Assembly (NCBI RefSeq): GCF_001194135.2
Contig: NC_068991.1
Location: 6,392,616 to 6,456,533 of the forward strand
Source of the DNA: Octopus bimaculoides
Taxonomy: Eukaryota
Length of the DNA: 63,918 bases
Direction: 5' to 3'
A program made the position numbers and the translations under genes. Positions 25,001 through 38,500 of this stretch are shown in pieces (within the stretch, counting starts at the first letter, position 1; the number at the start of each line of letters is the position of its first letter). The notes under the pieces were generated by a model that saw only the letters and a list, made by a program, of their open reading frames with translations, ran no database searches and had not been told where the DNA came from.

Positions 25001-27445
25001 ATTCCGATGAGAGAAAAACAATTGAGAATATGATGCATGAATGTCAGGGAAATACATCTTGTGTATCACATGTGATACATAAGACAGACAAAAGGTTAAT
25101 TTCTTTTGTTTTTATTTTATAACATTTTATACAATGTCTGTTGATGCTCAGGTGAAGTTTAAGGTGGAAAAAAAGAGTGTGTGTGACATTTCAAGCATGG
25201 CTTGTTGTTGGAAAGAGGGAAAAGTCAGGAGAGAAGGGAAGGAATAGTCCTAGAAAAGCATGTCATTACGTGCATGTGTGTGTGTGTGTGTGTGTGTGCT
25301 GGTGACATGTAAAAAGCACCCACTGCATTCTTGGAGTGGTTGGCATTAGGAAGGGCATCCAGTCGTAGAAACCATACCAAATCAGATTGGAACCTGGTGC
25401 AGCTCTACAGCTTCCCAGTTGCAGTCAAACCATTTAACCCATTCCAGTATGGAAAACAGATGCTAAATGATGATGATGATGATGATGATGATTTACTATA
25501 TAGAAATGTATATTTTAAAAAATACTTCTAGCTTAATAAATTGATTAACAATAGTTTTTGTTTTTAATTACGAAATGTAGTACCAATGTTAACATCAGAA
25601 ACAGGAAATTATAAAGATTCTTCTTTTTGCAGTTGTCCTGGGATATTCATCTACAATTTGCCAATATGAAACACCACTAATTACTTCAGATTCTACTGTT
25701 TCACTACAATATGTACTATTTATTTTAGTTATTCTTGTTTCTCGTCCACTTTTCCAATACTTCAAATTATCTGATGCCATGATAAGAATGAGACACGAGA
25801 TGTCTGAGACAATGTGTGCATAAATTTATAAGAATGTTATGGGACCAAAAATCAATAAGCAACTGGAACTCTATTGGTTTGTTTGCTTGAACATTAACCA
25901 TGTGTAGGTTCAATAAGTACTATGTTTTTCCCCCTTTAACATCCTATCTCTTTATTCTTAGGTAGTCATGTGCATATCTTCACATGGATTTTCTCTAATC
26001 TTTAAAGCATTCTTAATTCCATATGAAATATTTAAAATACCAGCTCATTCCTTTTTATCGTATGTTGAAAAAATATATCTCTGCATAAGATTCTTTTTTT
26101 GTAAATCTAGGTTAAGAAACAGGGCTGCCTGTCCTTTATTCACTGTGGTGACTATCAATTTTGCTCTCTTTGGCCTGGTCTTTATTCATTCATTCATTTA
26201 TTTTATTCATTCTTTTTTTTACTTGCATTCAAAGTTTTATTGAAATCTCTTTCAATGCAGTCTTTCATAATCTATATATAGAGTAATTGAAGCTAAAGCA
26301 TTTTTGAGAATTTCATACAATTAGCCACAAAGTTTAGTCATATTTCTTCTTTGAAATCTTGTTACTCAAGCTGGGTTTTATGAATAGATAATATATTTTG
26401 TTAATGGGGCAATGTAATAGTAAAAACTTATTTTATAAGTTTTAATTAATATCCCTTCTCTGTGTTATCAAATTCCTGAAGTTTCCCATATATTTTTCTT
26501 TGTTTGTATTTTTTAAACTTACATTCCGTATTACTTTAGGTGAGAGGTGTCATTAAGTCACGGAGTTTATAATGTTTTGTTTTATTTTGACCTTTTTCTA
26601 TTTTATTATTTTTTCTCTCTTGCAATTTGCTTGGCAACCTCTCTAGTGGTGGTGGCACAAAAGAAGCACCCAGTACATGCTGTAAAGTGGTTGGTGTTAA
26701 GGATGTCCAGTTGTAGAAACCATGCCAAAGCTGACATTGAAGCTCGTTGCTCAGTGAATCCTGTCAAACCATCCAAGAATGTTTTCACTCCGAAATAAGT
26801 AGAAAATTATTAAAGAGCATACATCAGTTATTAAGTATGTCGAAATTCACCTAAAATATAATCAAAATATTATGATAAAATTGCATTTCAAAACACAACA
26901 CTTAGAGCGGCCATTATTTCCGAAACAACCCAATACATTGCAAAGTGACATGACCAGAATATGAATTGGAAAGCTGATTAATAATCAATCTAAAGAGATG
27001 ATTTGTTTCCCTGTGTATTGGAGAGAACTTTTTGCCTTTTGAGTCATCCTGATTGTTGGTAAGATGAGCAACAACTTCTAGCCTAAGGGGCTTTCTGCAT
27101 GGCATGTCTAGCGAAAAATTACTTGTTTTTTTAGTAGTGTAGCCTGTCTGATAGTGAGCTATGTCTCATGCTTCTCAAAAATGGGTTATCCAAAGCAACC
27201 CAGCAGGTGCTAAATGCTTAGCCTACCTGATGACAAAGTTACAGCTGACACAACTCCAATTTAGTATTATTAAGGATCAGATTCGTAAGTGAAAACAAAT
27301 AATGAGTTAGTTTAAAACTGGTGTAACAACCACTATTATGTTTAGGCATTAGGAACTTGTCAAATTCCAAAATGAAAGCCTTATTTGTTTGCTTTCAGTT
27401 TAGTTTTTATTTTTGTACTAATTTAGTTTTGTTGTGATTGCTTAG

Positions 27446-28057
27446 CCCTTTAGCATTCAGTTTGCTCTATCAAATGTAATACTGTTTTATTCACATTGTT
27501 TTGAATAATTATTCATGCATTATCTTGTAGATTAGATTTTGATGATGTGATTGTTTATCATCCTCATCATCGTTCGACATCGGTTGTCCATGCTGGCATG
27601 GGCTGCATGGTTTGACCAGGGCTGACAAGCTGAGGAGCTGCACCAGACTCCAGTCTGATTTGGCATGGCTTTTATAGCTAGATACCCTTCCTAATGCCAA
27701 CCACTCCAAGAGTGTAATAGGCACATTACAGCAGTATCTGCCACGACTACAATTTCACTTGGCTTGATGGGTCTTCTTCTCAAGCATGACATATTGCCAA
27801 AGATCTCTGTCATTTGTCATTGCCTCCGTGAGGCCCAACACAAGAAAGGTGCTTTTTACGTACCACCGGCATGGGTGCCAGTTACACGACACTGGCATCA
27901 GCCACATTGCCTCTGAGAGGCCCAATGCTCGACAAGTGCTTTTTTTGGTTTATTTATAGAATGACATTTTAGGTTAGGTATGATAGGCCAGATCTAGTGA
28001 GTTTGAACAAAACACAGAATATTTGGGCTGGATATGGTTGGTTTAAATGCTAAAGAG
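27446..28057. mobile_element. piggyBac-type MITE with a family C SINE inserted
   Basis: Reads ttag-CCCTTTAGCATT...AATGCTAAAGAG-ttaa. Same family as 39160 and 60113. The SINE occupies about 27558-27945. Confidence 0.75.
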
Positions 28058-29828
28058 TTAAACTTTAAAAAAAAAAAAATTTTGTATTTGTTTCTGTAAA
28101 GCATTTGTCAGAAGAAACTCTGTCTTTCTCCACCATTTGATCAATTGTAACTTCATTTGGTAAACTGATATTTTAATATGATGTTACTCAAGTTAGTTTG
28201 TTCCAGTTTGTTAATACTATATGCAAGTATTTACTTGTATCCAGCAACAATGTCTTGCGGTGGGTTTTAGTATCTACTAAAAACGGCAATAATGAAACAT
28301 ATCTACCCCCGCCCTCTTTGACACAGCAAGAAATTAGTCATTACTATGCTTCATTAATTTTCTATGTATAACCACAACCTACAACAGAATTTTCATCTTT
28401 ATTCATATTCACTTTCTCATGTTTATTCCTCAAATAGATTAAACTATAGCGAAACACATTTTCCACTGCAAATAAAGCTAAGAATGGCTTTATCTCTAAT
28501 CACCAGCGATAAGGTGAATTACATTAATCTCAAACATTTGAATTACATTTAAAAGAAGTCCCGTATTATGTTTCCAGCAACTGTGTAACTAGAGCAGACT
28601 ATCAAAATAATTTCTTATCTTGTTTGTAGAAAACCCAGTTTTGCTTGAACAGTTTATTCTATGGCGACATTTACAGCCATTCTAATGTATTCTTAAACAT
28701 GAAGTAACTGAACCACAAGTCAACATTGAGGATTAAAAAAAAACAAGCAAACAACACAAAATGGGTTTTCTTTGATCCAAAGTTGTAACTAATTGCTAGA
28801 GCATTGTATTTAATTAATGAAGTTGACTAATATTTTTAGTTTATCTTTTACTTGTTTCAGTCATTGGACTGCAGCCATGCTGGATCACAACTTCAAAGAG
28901 TTTAGTCCAACAAATTGACACCAGTACTTAATTTTTTCTTTTATGTCTGGTACCTATTCTATTAGTTTCTTTTCCCAAATCACTAAGTTATGGGGATGTA
29001 AACAAACCAACAAAGGTTGTCAAGCAGAGCGGTGGGGAACAAAGGCATTCTCTCTCTCTCTCATACAGTTTCTGTCTACCAAATTCACTCACAATGTATT
29101 GGTTAACCTGAGGCTTTAACAGAACACACTTGCTCAAGTTGCTGCACAGTGGGACTGAACTCAAAACCATATGGTTTCTAAGCAGGCTTCTTAACCATAC
29201 CTGTGCTTACAATAGAAAATTAAAAGGAAATTGTGTCAGGAGTAGATGGGCTGGATTTTCTAATTGTAAATAATTAACCTGAAAGACCTTCCACATTTTG
29301 TTTGTCAAGTTAATTTCTCTCTGGTCATTAGGTATCTAACAATAAATCTATTTACTATTAGTGTGTAATTATGTAGCTAATGGTTTCAACTGAAATCTTT
29401 CCCAGCTTATAGTTGTGTCTTTCTGTCTATAAACATATTAAGCAAAAGCAATTTCTTCTATAATTTCTTGATTGTACAATTAGTTGCTAATTATAATTGT
29501 TACTTTTATAAGGCATTGAGAAAAGTCTCTTCAGATTTCGTACAGTGTCATCTGTGTATAAAAATTCCCAAGGACATTATTAACTGTTTTAGCCTTAGGA
29601 ATTCTTCATCAAAAATGCCCTAATGAACTTAATGACTTCAGGTCAAAGGGACTCAAGTACCTTACAAACCACTTAAAGTAATAGTTTGATTGTTACCTCT
29701 TTGGATCTTTAGTTTTTTGCTGCATTAACTCACGTAAATTCAAGTACCCCCAGAACACTTTTAAAATATAGCACTTCTTTTGCTGTTTTCTTTTCATACA
29801 ATTATTGCTCAAAAGTGATATATTAATT

Positions 29829-30043
29829 GTCTAGCATTCAGATTACTCTTTCAAATGTAATGTTTACTTATTCACATTGTCTTGAATTAATCTTGCATTT
29901 TCTCAAAGCTACAATATTTCAACGATGTGGTTGTTTGCTTTTGCAATGACATTGTAGGCCAGGTGTGAAAGGCTGTATGTGGCTGATTTGAATATAAACC
30001 AAGATTATTTAGGCAGGATATGGCAGGCTTAACCGCTGGAGGG
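29829..30043. mobile_element. Degenerate copy of the piggyBac-type MITE
   Basis: Internal sequence agcattcagattactct..aatgacattgtagg matches the family; ends GGG-TTAA. Confidence 0.65.
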
Positions 30044-32764
30044 TTAATGTTTTTCTTGCCCCTTGGGAGAAGAATTTTGATTAACAACAAATTTACCTCT
30101 CATTATGGTTATTATTTCAGGTGATTAAATATTATTTTCAGCTCATCATATTGAGTTTGGCAGCCTGCATTTAACTGATATTATTACTATATTGCTTCTA
30201 CTACAGAAACAGTTCTGCTTTTGAACTACAAGATTGGTACTTTCTCTTCATATGAATCAAATTATAGTGGGGTCATTTCTATTGTTTCAGCTAGGAGCAT
30301 TGCAGTGATTTTTCTCCCTCTCATTTATATTCCATTGTCAGCTCCCTTTATAATCTTGCTTAATCAACCGCATGTGTACCAATAATAAAGAATTACATTT
30401 CCCCACTTTTTGGGGACCTGATTTGATAAGCATATAATAATATATTCACTTGTTTTCATAACAATCTTATTTATAATTTTGATTATAATTAACATTGAAA
30501 ATTTTCATTAGAAATATATTGTTACAGTGTAGGAGGCCTGGTTTAAATGTATGAAATGTAAAAACATTTGTTCTGTTGAATTAATTTCTTCATTGTGGTA
30601 TTTTGTCACAGTTACTGTAATCATTTTTTAATAACTCTAGTCAGTTTTAATTACAATCTCTTATCTTAATTAAAAATTTAAGAATAACCTAAAATTCACC
30701 ATGACAAATATAATCTAGATTTTCATTACCAACTTAATTTTTTTTTTTAATCATTTCTGAAAGGATGAAAATCTAAGTCAATCTAACGGGATTTGAACCA
30801 CATAGTGCTAATAGATGTTTGATGGTTAACATCTAGAATAGTATGAAATCTAGTCTTTGATATAATGAATAAAATATATACCAACAAAAATAGAATTTAT
30901 GTGAACATGTGAAAGAATAAAGATAAGACAAACAACATTTGAGTGTAATCGTAAGTAAATTAAAGCACTGATGTAGGTCCTAGGCCTCATGGAGCTGGTT
31001 ACTCGGTCTCCATGGTATATAAATGACTAAGATCACAACACTCTTCTTGAATGGGGTGCCGATCCATCGCAGGATTATTCATTTACAGTGGATTGGATTG
31101 GAGCAACAAGAAATGAAGTGTTTTACTTAAGAACACAACACATCACCTGACCTGAGAATTGAAACCACACTTTTGTGATCATAAATGCAACACCATAACC
31201 ACTAAGCCACGACGGTGCTCCAGCATGGCTGCATTCAAATGAGTGAAACAAAAGAATAAGAGTAAATGAAGGGGACATGGACCCTACAGGCAACATCTAA
31301 AGCAATCTTTCCAAGAGGGCAATAATTCATAGTGAAAACCAATAGAGTAAATGGGACTATTTAGTCCTGCTGTGGTTAACCTCACCAGTGCCTGTGGTCT
31401 GATAAAATACACCCAGTCTATGCTGTAAAGTGGTTGAGGTGCTTTGGGACTTGTCCAATCTATACAAGCCTGGGGTGAGAGAGGACATTGAAATGATGAT
31501 GGTATAACCTTCTAAATGGCAGTATGTAAAGAAAACTTAATGATAGCAATTACGTCTATACCTGTTGAAATCTATACTGAAGATGATATAATAGCTATTA
31601 CTTATGGCAAAGTTGAAGAATAAATATATCCTGTTATCAGAAACTCTTGAGTTTGTGCCAAGAAATGCCATTTGCTGATTTTATCTGCTGGTTTGTGTGT
31701 GTACATGTCCTTTCGTTTTCCAAGTATACAGAGAAAGATATTACAATTGAAAAATTAGTTTCTGGGAATAGGATACAATTTTTCATTCTCATTGTGAATA
31801 ATATAATCATTTTCAAAACCACTCTACATATGGTTACTATCCTAATTAAAATTAATTTTCTGCATTTTTGTTCAGTTTTAAATATTTGCGCTATTCATTG
31901 AGAATTCTCCGTTCGCTTGTGTGTCAGTTATTTGTGGTTATTTGACTAAAACTAATATCGATATATTCTCAATATCAACATTGGATGATTTCCATCACTG
32001 GTCTTCATAACCATTACAATTTTTCTTTTTTTTTTTGTTTTAGCTTAAAGCATATATTTTCTGGAAGTTCTCTTTTCCTCCATTTCTGCTTCGTCAATAC
32101 ATCTCTCCTACTCTAATTAATTCTGTGTAGTGTTCACATGTCTACACATATCTACAACCATGTTTCTAAACTTCTACATCTATTCCTCTTGATCTCTTCT
32201 AATTGAAAAGCTGTTTGTCTCTGATATAATTTAAGTACTTCAGTCAATGTTTTTATTTTTCTGTTGAATCTCAGATAGTTTCTTTCATGCTTAAATGTAA
32301 AAATATTTAAATAAATACTGCATCCCCTTTCCTATAACCTTTAATAGATAAACATGTCTTTCTATTTGAGTAAACTTAATGGTGCACATCTAGATGATTA
32401 TATATTTAACATGTGACCGTCCACAAGGTCACAAGGGCAAATCTTGTTACAGCCAATTTGTTAGTCATGTTACTCTGTTTATTTCAGCCGGTCAAGTTGT
32501 CAATGGATGCTACTTCACAGTTAGTATTTGTATTAGGAAGGGTATCTATTTATTCTTTTATTTGTTTCAGTCACTTGACTGTGGCCATGCTGGAGCACCA
32601 CCTCTTCAGTTGAACAAATCGACCCGAGGACTTATTCTTTGTAAGCCTAGTACTTATTCTATCAGTCTCTTTTGCCAAACTGCTAACTTACTGGGAGGTT
32701 AACCACACCAACATCGGTTGTCAAGCGATGATGGTAGGGACAGACACACAAACATATACATATA

Positions 32765-32826
<62 letters not shown>

Positions 32827-34170
32827 NNNNNNNNNNNNNNNNNNNNNNNNNNNNNNNNNNNNNNNNNNNNNNNNNNNNNNNNNNNNNNNNNNNNNNNNNN
32901 NNNNNNNNNNNNNNNNNNNNNNNNNNNNNNNNNNNNNNNNNNNNNNNNNNNNNNNNNNNNNNNNNNNNNNNNNNNNNNNNNNNNNNNNNNNNNNNNNNNN
33001 NNNNNNNNNNNNNNNNNNNNNNNNNNNNNNNNNNNNNNNNNNNNNNNNNNNNNNNNNNNNNNNNNNNNNNNNNNNNNNNNNNNNNNNNNNNNNNNNNNNN
33101 NNNNNNNNNNNNNNNNNNNNNNNNNNNNNNNNNNNNNNNNNNNNNNNNNNNNNNNNNNNNNNNNNNNNNNNNNNNNNNNNNNNNNNNNNNNNNNNNNNNN
33201 NNNNNNNNNNNNNNNNNNNNNNNNNNNNNNNNNNNNNNNNNNNNNNNNNNNNNNNNNNNNNNNNNNNNNNNNNNNNNNNNNNNNNNNNNNNNNNNNNNNN
33301 NNNNNNNNNNNNNNNNNNNNNNNNNNNNNNNNNNNNNNNNNNNNNNNNNNNNNNNNNNNNNNNNNNNNNNNNNNNNNNNNNNNNNNNNNNGGGGGGGGGG
33401 GGTAGAGTCTGCTATTTCTGCTATTTTGTATGCAAACAAAATTCTTGTCAAGTTATTAATCAGTCTTTCTTAATATGTATTAATACTATATTATCACCTT
33501 TTTTCAAAACTGGAGGCTTTTTTTCTCTTTTACTATCATCATCATCATCAAACTGATTATGTTTCAGTAAATACATTTTAAACTATCTTTTCAACGAGTA
33601 ATACACATAACACATTTAAAAAGTGTGGTTCTGTAGAACAACGTGGCATTGGGATTATAGCCAGAAGTCTTGCACTTACCGGAGAAAGAGGATTTCAGTA
33701 AGAACTGGGAATTTGGAATTAATAGTTAATAGATGTATACAAGAAAGATGACTTGTCTGAACTTGTGATGTGAATGGCTGTAGCATTGCGGATAGAAGAA
33801 AGTGTCTTGAAGTGAGTCTTTCTATAGAAACAATTTGGAGGGTTTTTAAGTGTGTTGGCTCCTTTCCAGTTCACTTTGAAGCTTGGCTCCAGAGTAGAAT
33901 CGACTATGAACCAATAACCCAGTCAGATGAGGACGAATGTTTTATTGGGTTGGTACGAATCTTTGCTCACTTGCAGTTATTTGTAGGATATGTAATTCTG
34001 CATGGCAATTCTTGAGCTTCAAGCTAATTCTGAGATTGAAGATTCTCTAAATCCACGACTAATTTGCTTACAACTTGAAAATTGGTATAATGTAAACAAC
34101 ATACAATCCTTGCTGGTAAGAACAAAGCTTCTAAAATCGATAGCAATCGTGAGTGCAACAGCCTAACCAC

Positions 34171-34207
<37 letters not shown>

Positions 34208-34244
34208 ATATATATGTGTATACACACATATATATATATAAATT

Positions 34245-35028
34245 NNNNNNNNNNNNNNNNNNNNNNNNNNNNNNNNNNNNNNNNNNNNNNNNNNNNNNNN
34301 NNNNNNNNNNNNNNNNNNNNNNNNNNNNNNNNNNNNNNNNNNNNNNNNNNNNNNNNNNNNNNNNNNNNNNNNNNNNNNNNNNNNNNNNNNNNNNNNNNNN
34401 NNNNNNNNNNNNNNNNNNNNNNNNNNNNNNNNNNNNNNNNNNNNNNNNNNNNNNNNNNNNNNNNNNNNNNNNNNNNNNNNNNNNNNNNNNNNNNNNNNNN
34501 NNNNNNNNNNNNNNNNNNNNNNNNNNNNNNNNNNNNNNNNNNNNNNNNNNNNNNNNNNNNNNNNNNNNNNNNNNNNNNNNNNNNNNNNNNNNNNNNNNNN
34601 NNNNNNNNNNNNNNNNNNNNNNNNNNNNNNNNNNNNNNNNNNNNNNNNNNNNNNNNNNNNNNNNNNNNNNNNNNNNNNNNNNNNNNNNNNNNNNNNNNNN
34701 NNNNNNNNNNNNNNNNNNNNNNNNNNNNNNNNNNNNNNNNNNNNNNNNNNNNNNNNNNNNNNNNNNNNNNNNNNNNNNNNNNNNNNNNNNNNNNNNNNNN
34801 NNNNNNNNNNNNNNNNNNNNNNNNNNNNNNNNNNNNNNNNNNNNNNNNNNNNNNNNNNNNNNNNNNNNNNNNNNNNNNNNNNNNNNNNNNNNNNNNNNNN
34901 NNNNNNNNNNNNNNNNNNNNNNNNNNNNNNNNNNNNNNNNNNNNNNNNNNNNNNNNNNNNNNNNNNNNNNNNNNNNNNNNNNNNNNNNNNNNNNNNNNNN
35001 NNNNNNNNNNNNNNNNNNNNNNNNNNNN
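34245..35028. other. Assembly gap (784 N) truncating the BTBD7 CDS; other gaps at 1139-1148, 8224-8536, 17143-17152, 17696-17846, 32827-33390, 53121-53130, 58476-58611
   Basis: Runs of N, mostly flanked by microsatellites. Confidence 0.99.
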
Positions 35029-35513
35029 GGAGCAGGACTTGCGAATGATGTTGGACACTGGTAACTACAGTGATGCTACTTTGGTATTTACAACTGGTTC
35101 CGAAAGCCAGGAAAATTTAAGTTCTGAAGCTTCTAGTTCTGCAGATCATTCATCAAGAAAGCACGAACTTAAATGCCACAAAGCAATTCTTGCTGCACGA
35201 TCTCCTTTCTTCCGTAACCTTCTATTGCGGCGTGCACGATCAGGTGAAGAGATCACTGAACGGACATTGCAGACCCCTACCCGCATAGTGCTTGATGAAT
35301 CGGTCATTCCAAGGAGGTATGCTCGAGTGTTATTGCATGCAATCTATATGGACACTGTAGATCTATCTTTAATAGTCCGTGGAAGTACCAGTACATGTAG
35401 TCTTAGTGAAGTGCAAGCTATGGTAGCAGGAAGAGGACATATCACTCATGCTGATGAAGCTATGGAAATTTACCAAATTGGACAGTTTTTGGATTTTCCT
35501 ATTCTTTCACAAG
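35029..35513 (+). CDS. BTBD7: BTBD7 coding exon, second BTB domain; 5' end lost in N-gap
   Basis: Frame from 35030 reads [20 protein letters not shown]...[17 protein letters not shown]...[10 protein letters not shown](G). Donor CAAG|GTAATT, phase 1. Confidence 0.97.
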
Positions 35514-38500
35514 GTAATTCACAGACATTGCTATTTTTTTAATTAATTCCTTGGGGCTGCTTTTGCATTCTTTTACTTTGTTAGACATGTTTTCTGTTTG
35601 TAACCATGGATTTGATGATTCAACAGCATCCCATTCTAAGATAAAATGGCAATGGTATGTCTCTAAAACCTCTTTCTAAAGGTGATATTTATATGGCAGC
35701 GAGCTGGCAGAATTGTTAGCACGTAGGGCGAAATGCTTAGCGGTATTTCGTCTTCCGTCATATTCTGAGTTCAAATTCCGCCGAGGTCGACTTTGCCATT
35801 CATCCTTTTGGGGGTGATTAAATAAGTACCGGTTACGCACTGGGGTCGATGTAATTGACTTAAACCCTTTCTCTGTCCTTGTTTGTCCCCTCTATGTTTA
35901 GCCCCCTGTTGGCAATAAAGAAATAGATATTTATAATGGGTATGTGACATTTTGGCCCTGCTTATTTGGCATTACTGATTTGAATCTGACTTTTTTGACT
36001 TAGAATATAACAGAAACGAAAATGGAATGCTCAAAGATTGAATAATGCTTTCTCATTCCACAGAATTATTTGTTACAGTAAAGTTAGTTATGTTATCAAG
36101 TCCCACCAAAATTTTGATAATTTTCATAATTAAAAAGACACTGGCAGTGTATTTCACGAGAAGTATTGAAAATGTTAAAATGTATTGTATACATATATGT
36201 GCAGGCATAGCCATGTGGTTAAGAATGTTACTTTACAACCCTATGATTCAAGACCAGTTTTGTACAAGACACAAACTCAAGATGTCATGCAGTGGGATGG
36301 AACTTGAGACCATGTGGTCGCAAGGGGAGCTTCCTAGCCACACAGTCATGACAAATTGTTCAAATGTCTCTAATAAATATATAATGGTAGATAATTCATT
36401 AATAAAGTTTGGTTACCAAATCTGAGATCCAAATTAGATTCTAGAGTGTGACTTAATAAACAGGAAGGCACTTTGGTTGGTGTAGCCGTGATTAAAGTTA
36501 CCCCTCCTACTCACTAACCCTTTGAGAAATCAGCTACCTTACATTGGAAAAGACTTCTACTTCCTTTCAAGAACACAGCTGCAGAATGTCTTCTTAACTC
36601 TAAGTAAATATTCTCTAATTATCAGCTGCAGTTAGTTGTCCATCAGAAAACTGGTGCGTATGTAGAAAGATGGGTAGGGGGGATCAACCACTAGAGTAAA
36701 AGTATTCCCATGTAAAGTAAGTATAAGAAATTTTAACTTATTGTAATGAATGTTTTCATTTACTTTACCTGCATTTACTTTGACTTTACATTATTATCAT
36801 AATGTTGATTTTTTTATTTTTATTTTTTTTTATTTTTTAAAATTTTATCAGGAACTTTCTTGTTCACCATTAGCTGTTCAAAGATAATAACTTTACAATC
36901 TTAAGTATTTTTTCATGCTTCAGTCACTTTTATTTTTCAGGATGTTTAACGTTCACTCTTCCGTGCTTGCATGGGTTAGACACGTCAAAGCAAGGGGACT
37001 GTAACACACACACACACACACACTCTTATATATGTATGACAAAGGACCCAGATATAATATGCCTTGTTGTACTCAAGAAGAACCATCCATCACAGCAGAA
37101 TTGATAACAGTGCTGTTGTCAAATAAAAAGCACTCAATACACTTTGTAAAGTGGTTGGCATTAGGAGGGGCATCCAGCTGTAGAAACCATGCCAGAACAG
37201 ACAATGGAGCCTGGTGTGGGCCCTGACCTTACCAGCTCCAGTCAAACTGTCCAACCCATGCCAGCATAGAAAACATGTTAAATGATGATGATAATAGGTT
37301 TCTGTTAGTTTCCATCTCCCAAATTCACTAACAAGGCTTTGGTCAATGTGGGGCTATGGAAGTCACTTACCCTAGGTACCAAGTAAAGGGACTAAACCTG
37401 AAACCATGTAGTTGGGGAGCAAACGTCTTGCCACACTTGCGCCTGACTTGTAAATTTAATGTCACTATATCAATAATCTCAACTAATTCCTATCATTGGA
37501 TAATCTTGAATCGTTTTTTTTTTATAGTTTCAGCTTAGAACTGCGGCCATGCTGGTGCATGAATATCAAATACTCTACATTACTATTCCTATTGCATATG
37601 TTGTTACTATGTGACATTAGCTACACCGATCTTCCTTTTATAAGTCCCTTTCAATTCTGAATAGTCACCTACTAATTATAGAATATCCTGTGGCCCTTGG
37701 TGGACCCTTAGGTCATCACTGAAGATGTAATAAAAATGTAATGACTTGAGAACAAGCCCGCCTGGTGGCAAAGCTTATTCCTTTTCAGCTTATTGATTTC
37801 AACCCAAATATATGGCTATATTAAAACTTGTGTTGCGGATTTGGTTTGCTGGATGTGCACTATGTTTCTAGTGTTTCTGCTTTCCACTGATTACCAACAC
37901 TACCACTAACCTTTCCCCTCTTATTCTATCACTCACTACTTCTCTTCTTAATCATTTTCAATCTAACTTCGTCTTGCTTTATTTTCCATGATTTTCTACT
38001 TTCAATCCATCATTATGCCATTTACATTCATGATTGGTATTTCTCCGTATATTTCTCATGAGGCACAGGCATGACTTTGTGGTTAAGGAGCTCGCTTTGC
38101 AACCATATCATTTCATGTTCAGTCCCACTGTGCAACAACTTGGATAAGGGTCTTCTTCTAAGGCTCCACACTGACTAATGCCTTATGAGTGAATTTGGTA
38201 GATGGAAACTGCAGAAGCCTATCGTGTGGCTGTGTGTGTGTTTGTCACCCCTCTACTGCTTGACAGTAGGTGTTTGTTTACATCCCTATAATATAACAGT
38301 TCAGCAAAAGAAGTTGATAGAATGTGTACCAGACTTAAAATATGTATTGGGATTGATTTATTTGACTAAACCCTTTAGGGCCTTGCCCCACCTTGACTGC
38401 TGTCCAGTGACTGAAACAAATAAAAGAAAAGATCAGTTACATGGTCTCCTCAAGCCACAATGGACACTTGCTCATGTAAGAGAGTTCCCATTCTTATATA

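Noticed and set aside
25595-25812. Acceptor ttctttttgcag at 25632 and short ORFs on both strands
   Set aside because: No good donor and no similarity to BTBD7 or any family I recognise.
32478-32519. Possible micro-exon tttcag|CCGG..CACA|gttagt with ATG GAT GCT
   Set aside because: The donor is weak and there is no supporting homology.
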